Origin: Octopus bimaculoides
Lineage: Eukaryota
DNA length: 64,000 nucleotides
Direction of reading: 5' to 3'
Assembly: GCF_001194135.2 (NCBI RefSeq)
Contig: NC_068990.1
Span: 3,375,800 to 3,439,799, forward strand
In this document: positions 51,646 to 64,000 of the stretch, piece after piece
How the letters are laid out: each line of letters opens with the position of its first letter
Numbering within the stretch: position 1 is the stretch's first letter
The notes under the pieces: model-generated
Seen by the model: the letters and a program-made list of their open reading frames with translations, nothing else
Database searches by the model: none
Told to the model about the DNA's origin: nothing
Program-made: the position numbers and the translations under genes

Positions 51646-52611
51646 TGTATGTGTGTGTGTGTGTGTGTGTGTNNNNNNNNNNNNNNNNNNNNNNNNNNNN
51701 NNNNNNNNNNNNNNNNNNNNNNNNNNNNNNNNNNNNNNNNNNNNNNNNNNNNNNNNNNNNNNNNNNNNNNNNNNNNNNNNNNNNNNNNNNNNNNNNNNNN
51801 NNNNNNNNNNNNNNNNNNNNNNNNNNNNNNNNNNNNNNNNNNNNNNNNNNNNNNNNNNNNNNNNNNNNNNNNNNNNNNNNNNNNNNNNNNNNNNNNNNNN
51901 NNNNNNNNNNNNNNNNNNNNNNNNNNNNNNNNNNNNNNNNNNNNNNNNNNNNNNNNNNNNNNNNNNNNNNNNNNNNNNNNNNNNNNNNNNNNNNNNNNNN
52001 NNNNNNNNNNNNNNNNNNNNNNNNNNNNNNNNNNNNNNNNNNNNNNNNNNNNNNNNNNNNNNNNNNNNNNNNNNNNNNNNNNNNNNNNNNNNNNNNNNNN
52101 NNNNNNNNNNNNNNNNNNNNNNNNNNNNNNNNNNNNNNNNNNNNNNNNNNNNNNNNNNNNNNNNNNNNNNNNNNNNNNNNNNNNNNNNNNNNNNNNNNNN
52201 NNNNNNNNNNNNNNNNNNNNNNNNNNNNNNNNNNNNNNNNNNNNNNNNNNNNNNNNNNNNNNNNNNNNNNNNNNNNNNNNNNNNNNNNNNNNNNNNNNNN
52301 NNNNNNNNNNNNNNNNNNNNNNNNNNNNNNNNNNNNNNNNNNNNNNNNNNNNNNNNNNNNNNNNNNNNNNNNNNNNNNNNNNNNNNNNNNNNNNNNNNNN
52401 NNNNNNNNNNNNNNNNNNNNNNNNNNNNNNNNNNNNNNNNNNNNNNNNNNNNNNNNNNNNNNNNNNNNNNNNNNNNNNNNNNNNNNNNNNNNNNNNNNNN
52501 NNNNNNNNNNNNNNNNNNNNNNNNNNNNNNNNNNNNNNNNNNNNNNNNNNNNNNNNNNNNNNNNNNNNNNNNNNNNNNNNNNNNNNNNNNNNNNNNNNNN
52601 NNNNNNNNNNN

Positions 52612-52687
<76 letters not shown>

Positions 52688-53000
52688 TTATATTTATACA
52701 AGAATAAAAGCAAATGAGAACGTTTCTGAAGAGCTAGAAATAACTACAATGAGATACTGACGAGTTAATCTATGTCGACACAACAATTAGCGCGAGCATG
52801 CGCGTATCCATAGAAATATTAATATATAGGTACTAACTGGCATACGTATTTTCGATGACTGCTTAGAAGCAATCATCATATTAACACCTGACTCCTCTCT
52901 TGCTTATATTTGACTTTTCTTGCGCCTTTCCCAAAATATATTTTCTTTATTTTCTTTCCCACCTTCTTCAACTGTCCCTCTCTCTCTCTCTCTCTCCCTG

Positions 53001-53048
<48 letters not shown>

Positions 53049-53304
53049 ATATGTATATATATATACTACTCCTACTACGAAAACTCTCTTTCCAAAATCA
53101 TTAATAAATTAGTAATATCTGGATTTATTGTTTATTCTTCATGCATTTTGCATTAAGTAAACTTCTAATACATTTCATCTCTACCTTTTTCTGCATTTGG
53201 TGTATTTTGTATTATCGACAGAAGTACGTGTTAAGACACATATATACGAGCCCATGCACGCATACATGGATACACACATATATATGGATATATATTCTTA
53301 AGTG

Positions 53305-53357
<53 letters not shown>

Positions 53358-54173
53358 GTGTGTGTGTATATACATATACATACATGCGTATGTGTGTATA
53401 TACATAATTATATATATATTTACATACATACATATGTATGTATACATACGTACACATATATATACATAGACATACATATATGTCTGTGTGCGCGTCTGTG
53501 TCTCTTTATTGTAACACAGGAAAGAAGAGGCAGGTGGAGAAAGTGTTTGAACGAAATGCCATGGCTGTGAAAAATATCAGCAAAGATAATGTTAACGAAT
53601 GTTAAACAAATATTTCGTCTCGTTGCCTCCTATGTTTACTTTTAGAAATACTATTCAAAGGTATTATTTATTTAAACTAATTGGATTATTCTGCGAAGCC
53701 TATACTTATTGGATTATTGTGGAAAACTATAGAATCGAATCGTATATATTAGTATAATTTTAACTCTCTTGACTCTCAATTTATAAAATACATAAGTTTT
53801 TCGGCCAAATTAATCTTAGTTTTTTTCTTTGGTTATCAAGTATTTATGTGATGGGTTTAATGCGCTACGGATGTTTACTACCAGATTCTTTACATGTAAA
53901 TATTGATGACTAAATTGTGCGATTTTTCTTGCCTTCTACAGAACCACGAATAATCATGAAATAAGCATTGCAAACTAACTAAATGATAAGCTATGATGCA
54001 GTTCCCTGGCATAAGCAAAATAATATCTTTTGCATGTCGCTCCTTTTGTATTTGTATTGTGTTTGCTACTTTTTGTTCTTTATTTTATATAAAGTCTGAC
54101 GTCACACTATGCGAAATATGTCCCCTTTTTCTGTACCGACATGCACTGATACTTTAGTTAAGTACACTCTCAC

Positions 54174-54339
54174 AAACATTGTAGCATAGATGCTATGTTT
54201 CACGATGGAATCAGTTGTTAGCTGAATCTGTGCAACACGGAAAAATAGTTGTTCGATAATTGTCTTCATTTCAGTATGCTCATGTACAGAGCGAACGCAT
54301 GAATAACAGATCCATTGCTCCCTACGAATCTTATATAAC
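54174..54339 (-). CDS. Weak candidate exon (166 nt, phase 2 to 0)
   Basis: Acceptor TGCTGTCATTCAG (weak), donor GTGAGA, open frame LYKIRREQWICYSC..YATMF; phases fit the neighbouring candidates. Confidence 0.15.
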
Positions 54340-57039
54340 CTGAATGACAGCATTATATGCTTGATAGTGATATACTTTCATGGAAAGAGCAAACAATATC
54401 CATTGAAATATTACGTCAAGTGTTGTCTTTTATATCACAATAATAATTATTTGAGCTCGATCGGTCGAATACCGTAATTATTTGTCTGGATATAATATCG
54501 AATAATCTCAAAGTTGAGATATTCACTTGAATTCGTGAATATCTCAAGTGAATTGCTCCTGGTATTTTCACATGCGCATGAAATTAGAATAAAAATGAAA
54601 TAATTAGAAAGAAGAAGCGATCCTTAGATATATTTGTAGAAGTTAATCATTGTAAACAAACCCGTCTTCGTTGCCAATAGTTTCAACAATTAAAGGTATC
54701 ACAAGCCAACAAAGGATTCTTTGTTTACATGGTTACTATATCTATAAGATGTGGCATTCAAACTCCTTTAAAAGCCACATCCCATCCTCTTACATAAGAA
54801 GGAAACATTACATGAAGTTCAACTGTGTATGTTTGTGTCTGGGAAAATTACATGATAGTCACGGTCTGAGAACATTTTTTAACATACTACTACTCTTTTG
54901 ACGTTGACACGAAGCTAAGCAACATTAACAACTCTAAAACGTGAAGGAAACGCGCCTGTCAGGTAATCACAGCTTCAATACTTTCTTTAAAGTTTTATTA
55001 GACATCAAAGACATCAAAGCTTGTTTACTAACTTGCACCCGACCTATGAAACCAGAATGCAAATCTAAATTTGAAGCAATAGCATAATGTTTTATATAAT
55101 GTCTTTTTTTTTTAATTAGAAAATTATAAATCATTTATTCAATATAATATATATTTATTTCTTATATCTTTTGTATTATTATTCCGTAATGTCAACGAAA
55201 ATATGCTGACCATGAATAATGAAATAGTCGCTTCTAATATAGTTACAAAGTCAGTAATATTAAAGGAGGGCATATATTTGATACTATCGACCCACATATA
55301 TAACTGTTAAATCATTTCATCGATGACGAATGATAGGAGAAGTTGGCCCAATGAGATTTTAACATAAAATATCATGATACGAAACATATAAGAATGCCTT
55401 TTTACCGAAGCTCTAACAATTCTCTCAGCTCATCGCCTTTAGAAAAGAGACGTTAATGATGATTCATTTTAATTGTTTTGTTTTGTTTTTATTTTGTGGA
55501 AAGTGCTTTTATTTTCTTGTTGGTGTTGTTTTTGCTGTTGATCATCCTCATCCCTATCATCATCACTACCATCATCATCATCATGTGGATTAGCCCTAAG
55601 TTGGATCTGATTGATCTGGTGGCAAACGAGTCATAAAATAATGTATCCATTACCTGAAAATAAGGCATAATATTATGCAAATCGCCTTCAATTCTTGAGA
55701 TGTTAATATTTTATGTAAGAGGCGTATGCTTCTATTACTTGTTGGTCGGGTGACTAGACGATCACATCTTGATAGTGTTAAAGATACAGCAAATATATCT
55801 GCTCCTTTCTAACATTTCGTGACGTGCTCAGTCGTTGGCTGTAAGGTTACATCACATGTAGTACCATAGAGACTACTGGAAACTGCGTGCGTATGTATAA
55901 ATACTGGTTTACGTACACACACAGTCACGGATATATGTGGTGGGTATGAGGTGGGTGTATAACATGGTGGACGCTAAGAGATACACACATCTTAGAAGAA
56001 TCGAAAGAAGCAGCGCACATGTCGAGTGATGATCGTAGCTGTTTAGTAACTAAATGTGTAAGTATCGCCGAAGTTTTGCCTGCCAATCCATCAGTTTCCA
56101 GATCGTTAGTGTAAAGAAAGAAACGTTAGTCCTCTGTTTCTGAATTGCATAATTAATCTCTCTCCTTGTGTTTCTTTCACACACACACACACTTACACAC
56201 ACTTTCTCCCTCTCTCTCACTCACTCCCTAATAACCCTTTATTTCTTCTCTCTTACATACAAAAGGCTCTCCCTTTTGCGCTTAAGTCAATAAAAACCAC
56301 AACACATTAAAAATATTAATATAACTATTACGTTGTGTTATTTTATAGAGCATAAACTAATCAAGATAATGCTAAAATCCCTCATTCTGAACTGAAACAT
56401 ATTACATACGAAGATCAATCGCTAATTTGTAATTATACGAACGTATTCTAGATTCAGATGTCGTTTCATCTACACAAAACCAAAATAGGATTCTTTTAGA
56501 TTTAATGTTTTAATACGATTTTGTTGACAATCATACGCCTAACTTGCAATCTCTGATAGATGTTCTGACTTGGTTTGTCTTAATTATTTTACTTAAGCAA
56601 TCGATAATGCTTGAATCACATACATTTAATATAATGTGAGTCATGCTTTATCGCTTCCATCATTATCTTTTTGTAATAGACGCTAATCAGTAGATTTACA
56701 GAGAGGGGAAAATTACTATTGTGTGAGGCCACTGATTTTTCACAGATACTCGAGACGAGAGTTAAGTATACTGGCAACAACAATGAGCTGAATCAGCATT
56801 TGAAACTCTGTTCAAATGGAGCTAATGTTATCGTAATGACGGAGATCACTATTTTAGCTTTCTGTGGGATTTTAGAGTCAAAGCAGAGAAACTAGAAATA
56901 AGTTTGCAGATGCAGACTGTTTTGCTAATGTTTCTAATTTCAAGAAAGATTTCCTGCTGCCGATGTTTTGTATTAAGTCTGAAAAACGAAACAAAGCAAC
57001 ATCTTGAATATTTGAAGGTAGGTGGGGCGGATAATTGAC

Positions 57040-57170
57040 TGAGTTGATACACCGTCAGATGGAATACCTTACAATATTTATTCGGACTCTATCGGCCCTG
57101 AGTTCAAATTCTGTGGATGTCAAATTTTCCTTTCATCCTTTCGGTGTTGACAAAACAAAGTATCAATAAC
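57040..57170 (+). mobile_element. SINE family B, old fragment
   Basis: CTGAGTTCAAATTCTG...TTTCCTTTCATCCTTTCGGTGTTGACAAAA. Confidence 0.6.
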
Positions 57171-59435
57171 AGGTTGTAAATTGGCGACATGAACATGTAA
57201 GAACACCAAACTAAAGGCCTTTCGGCATTTGTTCTGATACTTTACGTTTTATTTCATGGCTCCCTTCAGCAGTAGACTGAATCTGTCGACCGGTTTAACA
57301 CCATCACTTGACACGTTGAAAAACTGTAGCGTTGAGTAACTGTAACACTTTGAGTAACAAACTTTGTTGTCCTCATTTTGGACAGGTTTTGGGTTTGAAG
57401 ATGCTTTTTTTCCCTCTACCCGCCAATCTTGGAAACCCTATGAAATGCTGTGGACGTAACCTTCCTTCTGGGCTAAAGGATGACAAATTGTTGCTTTAAA
57501 AGATATTTAAATTCAATTTTTGTAATGATGTCGATAGGGAAAATGTGCAGATTGAAAGTATTAGGTATGTTCCTCTTCTGTACAAAAAGAAATTGGGGGA
57601 AATATTTTTCACGCTAACTAACTGTCCTGAAGTCCCCACCACACGGTACAGAGCCTATTTAAACAAATGTAAGTTCGATTGAATTGGTAGACTGACAGAA
57701 ACATTGACTAATACTTTTGGGGGCCGATGAAGAGCGATGGAATAGTAGAATCTTTTAGAGCATCAGGAAAAACAATCTGTGTGGTGTCTCTGTAATCTCT
57801 TTTAGATCTGAGCGCAAATCCAATCGAAACCAAATTTCCCTTTCATTCATCCAAGGTCAATAAAATAAAGTAATGTTCAAGTACTGAATCATGGTATCGA
57901 TTAAATCGTTCACCTCAAATTAAAACAGTTATTGAGTACTCGATATGTTTCCAGTATAGATCAGCTTTGTCTTTTAATAAGCTACCAGTCGTACCCTGTA
58001 GTCGATTGAAATGTGTAACCTCTTTTGTACAAATATATTACCGTGTGTAAGTATTCGAAATGAGTTATAACTAACAACCATTTCAAAATCCAGAACTATA
58101 TCTAAAAATGTCTTTTTACCTCTATCGGTAAAATGGCAGATTCGATAGACCGTCATCAAAAATCGTTATTTCAGATCCCTCCATGAGCAGTTGTCCTTTA
58201 ATAAAGTCGTGTACTGGTGTTTGTGTCTTTGACTAACCCCCAAACTTGCGCTTTTCCATGCGCCCGTTAAAACGATATGCTATAAAACTCGAAACGCTGG
58301 CTGTAACTGCTTATATTCTAGAGAAAGAATGAGAGAACCTAAACGAATTTGAAAATTTGGGAGATAAATTCTTTTATAACAATATATTTCACTTCCCTAT
58401 CCTTTAATATGCTTGGGAAATCATTAGGTAGAGAGCATAGGCATCAAGTTGATAATTAATATCAAATAACAATCTGTCCGTACTTACATAGGATACATTT
58501 CCGTAACAAAGTTGAATTGTTTTGTTAGTTGCAATATCTTTGTGAAAACAATATCTATTCTTGTAAAAGCTGTATCTGCTACAAAAGTGAGAAAACTAAA
58601 ATTACAATAAATCGCCCGGGAATGATTCAGATATTTGCAAGATATAGCTGCAAAAATCTTTGAAGAACAGCGAAGGGGGAATATTGGCTAAAAAATTACA
58701 CTTATATATTTTAGTCTGAATAGTCTATAAATAATTACCGTAGCATTCACGTTGTCTGTTCTTGTGTTCATTTTTCAATACAAGACTGTGGTATCAATTT
58801 TGAGAACTGATTTTAATCTATCACGGAACTATGTAATTATTTTTTTTTTTTATTGCATACACATTTTTGCGTATATACACTTCTGCGCAACAGTTAGATA
58901 TAACCAAGTTACAGTTAATCATTTAGATAGATTGTTACTCTTTAGCCCCATATTTAACAACATTTGATAGGCACTTAATCAAAGTCATTGCAGCCTTGAC
59001 CACCTCGTGCTTCAAGAGGCATTTTCCTCACTTATCGGACTGAAACTATTATTGTAATTTCAATTCGATTGAAACTGGATTTGACCAACAATTTCCTGGA
59101 TTTCGGAGACGTGTTATATAATTAATTCTAGAATAGTTAAAATTCGTTATTTTGCTCAGAAGATAGAAATCAATAATTCGTAAGCCTCACAATAAACTTA
59201 TTCTAAACAGTTCGATAAAAATAGTCTATACCTATTTAAAGCAATGTAAACATGCCAAGCGATAATGTTCATGTATAGTCTTTTCATTCTATTTCTGCAA
59301 TGCATTCTATGCTACGTTTCTATTTTAATTGATGGAGAACAATTTTGTTAACGATCATTTAAGATTATATATGTATGGCTACATCCATTCTTACCTTGTT
59401 ATATACGCACAAACATATACATATACACAAATGTA

Positions 59436-59482
<47 letters not shown>

Positions 59483-59501
59483 TTGTGTATATGTATATGT
59501 T

Positions 59502-59549
<48 letters not shown>

Positions 59550-61625
59550 GAGAGAGAGAGAGAAAATTGCATTCATACATATATTTATATGTGTATATGT
59601 GTGTGTATGTATGTGTGTGTGTGTATATGAATGTATGTATGTATTTATGTGTGTAACATCGTTCGTCTTAAAAGAAAGCTATCATTTACAATGAAAATCC
59701 CTGCAATGCATTACCAGATATGCTACATTAAAATCAATGACGTATTCATTTATTTATTGTATTTGTGACCCTATTGTTTAAACGATCTTACGTTACTTCG
59801 GTCTATATGGATTTCATATATAGAGAATTGTACATGAGAGATATTTTCATTTATCTTGAATTTAGTACTCTCGAAAGTAGCGTTTCACTGCTATTCTGTG
59901 CACTCATGCAGCGCAAAACTCCAAACTCTCTTCCATAAACAATTTCCTATAAATGCCACCGTTAACATTACTAAGCAGATTTCTATTCAGACCTTTGTTC
60001 GCGAGTTATTTTCTTAGCAAATTAGATTCATTTCGTCACGCAGTAACCATACGTGTTTATTAATGATTCGCAGGGAACATTTCGAATCTTTTTCACCAAT
60101 GATCTGGAAACGCATTTTATGTCCAAACAGTAATGTACGTTTGCCATTAGTATTCCTAAACTACTTCGTTACTGACTTTGTATTGTATCATATTTCCTCT
60201 ATAGTCCTGTTTATTCCCAATACTAGAAGCTTCCTCTGCACAATCATTATGTCTGATTGTAAATTAAATATATTCCTTCTGAACATTTATAGCTGGAATC
60301 AAATATTACAAATATTTCTGTAACCCATTCACTTTGTATCGTATCACTTGTTTGAAGTGATGTTCTTTACGCTATGAACTCTGTAAAAGCTAAATAATTA
60401 TCTTCACAATTTGATGTACCACGGTATATAAAGCTATTCCAAACAATTCCATGCACGCATTTTGCTTAATAAATATTCTGAACAACTTATCTAGTTATTC
60501 TCCTTATCATGTTAACATTATTATTATAATTTCTATATTGAGAAAGAACATATTATTCACATTCACATATGAAGCTTTAAAACGTTATATTTTACACGTT
60601 ATTAGAATCGTGCAGTGTCTATTTCCTGCTTATTCTATTATAGTCGTAGGAAGGCTTTCAATATTTCTCAACACATTATGCATGCATGATGCCAAAGAGA
60701 AAAAAATAAGAAAGAAATTACTGATAAAATAGCTAAAATTATTGATGCCATCAGTGGTTTTCTGTTAAATATAATTTCTTCTTTGGTATTACATTGGCTT
60801 TTATGAGAAAGTTCTGGTTTTCCATATTCGCTATGTTTAGTAATTGAAGCCTATCACTGAACTGCATGAAGCGTTTCCTTTATCTGGAAATAAAATATGG
60901 TGTTCTTTTCACAAATAGATTTTATGCCAGTAGGTTATTTTATAAATATGGAATTCTGACCATCGTTTGACTTATTAGTATATAGGTAATTGCTATTTAA
61001 GTAAGTAGCCTACAATCATTTATAAGTAAACAATATATGTTGTTGATCAGAAACATGTGGAATATTGGGCTAGATAACTTCCCTCATACAGTTAATGATA
61101 TTGTTATCATATCATCTCTTCAGTGTAGGGTTCCGCGGTTTGCTGAAAAGTCAATTATCACACAAGAATGTTTGATTTCACTACTGAATGCTGTCAAATT
61201 ATTCAATAGCACACTGCAAATGTAGACTGTTTTATTTTAATTTTCTATGTATTCGCCAAGATTTCATCAATATGCAAGTGTACTGCCATAAATTAGGACA
61301 GAAATTAACATTGCGCCAGTGTACGGTCACAAATTAGTAAGTGTACTACATGTTACATGTCATGTTATCCATACATAATATGGTTTTCTCTTGGAGCGTA
61401 ACGTACAAACTATATGGTTGTTCAAACATAATTTGCCAATATTGCATTTAATTACCACTGATCTTTATTTGTTGTTCAACACGATAAGTGTAACTTAGAA
61501 TTTTAATGTGTAACCGTATTAAGAAGTCATCTTTTTTTTGCGTGAATATTATACTGAGTGCTATGAGGAACAAACTTTATATCCTCGGTGAGAATCTGAT
61601 AAGTATTAATAGTAAACTGATGTAA

Positions 61626-61838
61626 GACGGTGATCTGGCAGAATTGTAGGTACGCGGGCGCAAATGCTTAGCGGCATTTCATTTGCCTCTACGTTCTGAG
61701 TTCAAACTCCGCCGAGGTCGACTTTGCCTTTCATCCCTTAGTGGTCGATAAAATAAGTAGTAGTTGAGTACTGGGGTCGATGTGACTTACCCACTTCCCC
61801 GAAGTTTCTGACTTGTGCCAAAATTTGAAATGAATATT
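61626..61838 (+). mobile_element. SINE family B, full length
   Basis: ACGGTGATCTGGCAGAA...GAGTTCAAACTCCGCCGAGGTCGACTTTGCCTTTCATCC...CTGGGGTCGATG...TTGTGCCAAAATTTGAAA. Confidence 0.9.
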
Positions 61839-63006
61839 GCATCGTAGCTTGTAAATCCTGACATTCTGTTTCTCTCACCAAACAAGCATTATGTGTACAA
61901 TATATTTTTAATGCTGTTGAATCATAATACGAACGCGATAGTAGAGTATAAAGCTGTTCGAAAGCTATAGTATAGATGCAAATAGTGACTCATAACGAAA
62001 AATGAATATTGAGCTCAGATAATATATAACACATTCGTATGGTTTAAAACTATAAAAATAGATGTCACTTGGCAATGTACGAGAAAGTAGATTTTCATTT
62101 TTATTCGATCAGTAAAACAGATGGTTACTTTAAAAAAACATTAGGGACTGTTTAATAGATAAATACGATAGATTGATAATTTTCAAATATTCGCTACTGT
62201 TGTTAATTCTTAAGGCCTACTATTCGAAGAATTCCAGCATGAGAACCCCGTATATACGTCATCTATAAATGAATTTTCTCTGCTCACTATTTCTATTACT
62301 AAGATACTGCGGAACTCATATTATAGGAGGTGCCTGTTATTTTAATCGAGACGGTTGGCCGCTAAAATACCTCTCTAGTGGTGCTAATAAAGATCTTCTA
62401 AACCATAATTTAAACACGTGTATACAGATTTTTAAACATTCATTTGTTCCGTTTATGTAATCACTTACAATTGAAATTACCTATAAAAAAGATAATTTTT
62501 CCCCTTTTAAATATTTATATATTCGAATAGGAAGATTTATATTTATCAAAGTCACAAAAAAGAGAAAATAATTTAGTATATTAACATTTCAAAATACGTT
62601 TCCAATTTTAACGTTCAGTATTAGGCTGTAGCGAAGTAAACAAGAGTATTAATTGCCTTTTGATTGCATCATAGTGAGATTTCTTACGATAGCATAACTA
62701 CGAAGCTTATCAAAATAGAGGCGATTAGGAATGATGTGTTTTTTTGTATTTTTCCACATATAGTTTTCTGTTTTCTCCCCTCCAAACCTTTTTTCCGTAC
62801 GCTTATAGACACGTACAAGGAACTATATATGTGCACGCTTGTGAGTGTGCGCGTGTATGTAGATATATGCGTGCATACATTGAGACATGTGCGTGCGTGT
62901 ATGATATACACAGTTTTAGGCGCGTTTTGTCACTACACATTTATTTCCCTTTATTTATTTCCCTTTGTTTTTAACGGTCATTTTTCAAAGGAATTTTCAA
63001 TGGCTG

Positions 63007-63071
63007 GATAACTGAAGAGATGTTGGCGTGCCCGCCACCCCACCCTGGCATCCAAAACTCTGAGTTTTATC
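63007..63071 (+). ncRNA. Type I hammerhead ribozyme, family H4 (G12 mutated to A), beside (TA)n
   Basis: Stem I GAUAA/UUAUC; CUGAAGA 63012-63018; stem II GAUG/CAUC with inner UGGCG/CGCCA hairpin; AAAAC for GAAAC; palindromic stem III ACUC-U-GAGU; GUU triplet. Confidence 0.68.
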
Positions 63072-63084
63072 ATGGCTACTGAAT

Positions 63085-63132
<48 letters not shown>

Positions 63133-63201
63133 GGATTAGTTATCTAATGGCTAAAATGTCATTGATGTCATTGATCACAGCTATGGACATCCAGGATTTA
63201 C

Positions 63202-63527
63202 TTTAGGTTAAATGACATCAATAACCTCATTGGTGTGAGAGAATCTGCAACAATACGCCGAATCCCTGCACCTAAAGCTATCGATGAAACGTTGGATATT
63301 TCATGAGCATCATGAAGAAGCTGATAGAGGGGCAATTGCGTGTTAAAAGGAGCACGAAATTGTTTAGTAGTTGTCGGAGTAATCACTCTATGATGCAGTA
63401 CAATGCATGTATTAACAGTCGCAAAGTATTGTGCCTCTATTCCTAGGCCTAACAATAATGCAAAACACTTAAAACTACCAGCTTTTAATCCTTTACATTT
63501 CATAGAAAACCAAGCTAAGGATCTTTC
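63202..63527 (-). CDS. Candidate internal exon (326 nt, phase 0 to 2), product not recognised
   Basis: Strong acceptor TCTGTTCTTTCTTAATTTGTAG; 108 open codons (ERSLAWFSMKCKG..MRLLMSFNL); the in-frame stop coincides with a GTAAAT donor; the other two frames close within 12 codons. Confidence 0.4.
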
Positions 63528-63947
63528 CTACAAATTAAGAAAGAACAGATGTATTTGGTAACAGTTAACGCGTTTTAAAAGCGATATTACGAATACACCT
63601 AACAGTTGACAATCGGGAGATGCAAAACATCTCTCGAAAAATCTGATAAAAATTGAAGCATCAAATACGTAAGCCTCCTGGATTGGATGGAAAATCAGAT
63701 ATAATTGGATTAGGACGGAATTTCAATTTTATAAGTTGTATAAGTTACTAGGTTACTCATTTGCTAAAAAAGAAAAAGAAATAGAAAATGTTAATACTAC
63801 TGAATTTCTCTTTACGTTACATGATTCAGCAATCGGTTTTGATACAAGGAAAACATATGGCATTATAAATAACGACACTAAAGTACTCATATTTATGAAT
63901 AAAACAATGAAACAAGTGACACACTGACGTAAACACACACACGCACG

Positions 63948-64000
<53 letters not shown>

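Noticed and set aside
55470-55620. Acidic, Q-rich minus-strand frame (HDDDDGSDDD..QQQKQHQQ)
   Set aside because: Explained by degenerate (GAT)/(CAA) microsatellite.
61075-61110. Minus-strand CTGAAGA followed by a 7-bp hairpin (ATGATAT/ATATCAT)
   Set aside because: GAAA and the cleavage triplet are absent; cannot be called a hammerhead.

Overview
AT-rich, repeat-saturated eukaryotic genomic DNA with many N gaps beside (TA)n. The SINE families and microsatellite spectrum suggest an octopus (cephalopod) genome; this is an inference. No host gene could be assembled with confidence; only a few candidate exons on the minus strand. Most long ORFs in the track are microsatellite or gap artefacts. 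Supportable content: (i) three tRNA-derived SINE families, about 25 copies; (ii) decayed DNA transposons (two mariners, one maT/DD37D-like); (iii) non-LTR retrotransposon remnants: two back-to-back Penelope-like elements (PLEs) with GIY-YIG endonuclease, an R4/Dong-like restriction-like-endonuclease 3' end, and a probable Tx1/L1-like 3' end; (iv) a 247-bp microhomology-bounded templated insertion copied from 3.3 kb away into a SINE. The main signal not explained by the ORF track is four sequence-unrelated repeat families that each carry a type I hammerhead ribozyme core (634-721; 5945-5990; an inverted pair at 21305-21465; 63007-63071). Three of them have the 5' inverted-duplication architecture typical of PLE-mediated insertion. 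One is fused behind a tRNA-like Pol III promoter, i.e. a hammerhead-SINE/retrozyme-like non-autonomous element. All folds were assigned by eye; none was computed.
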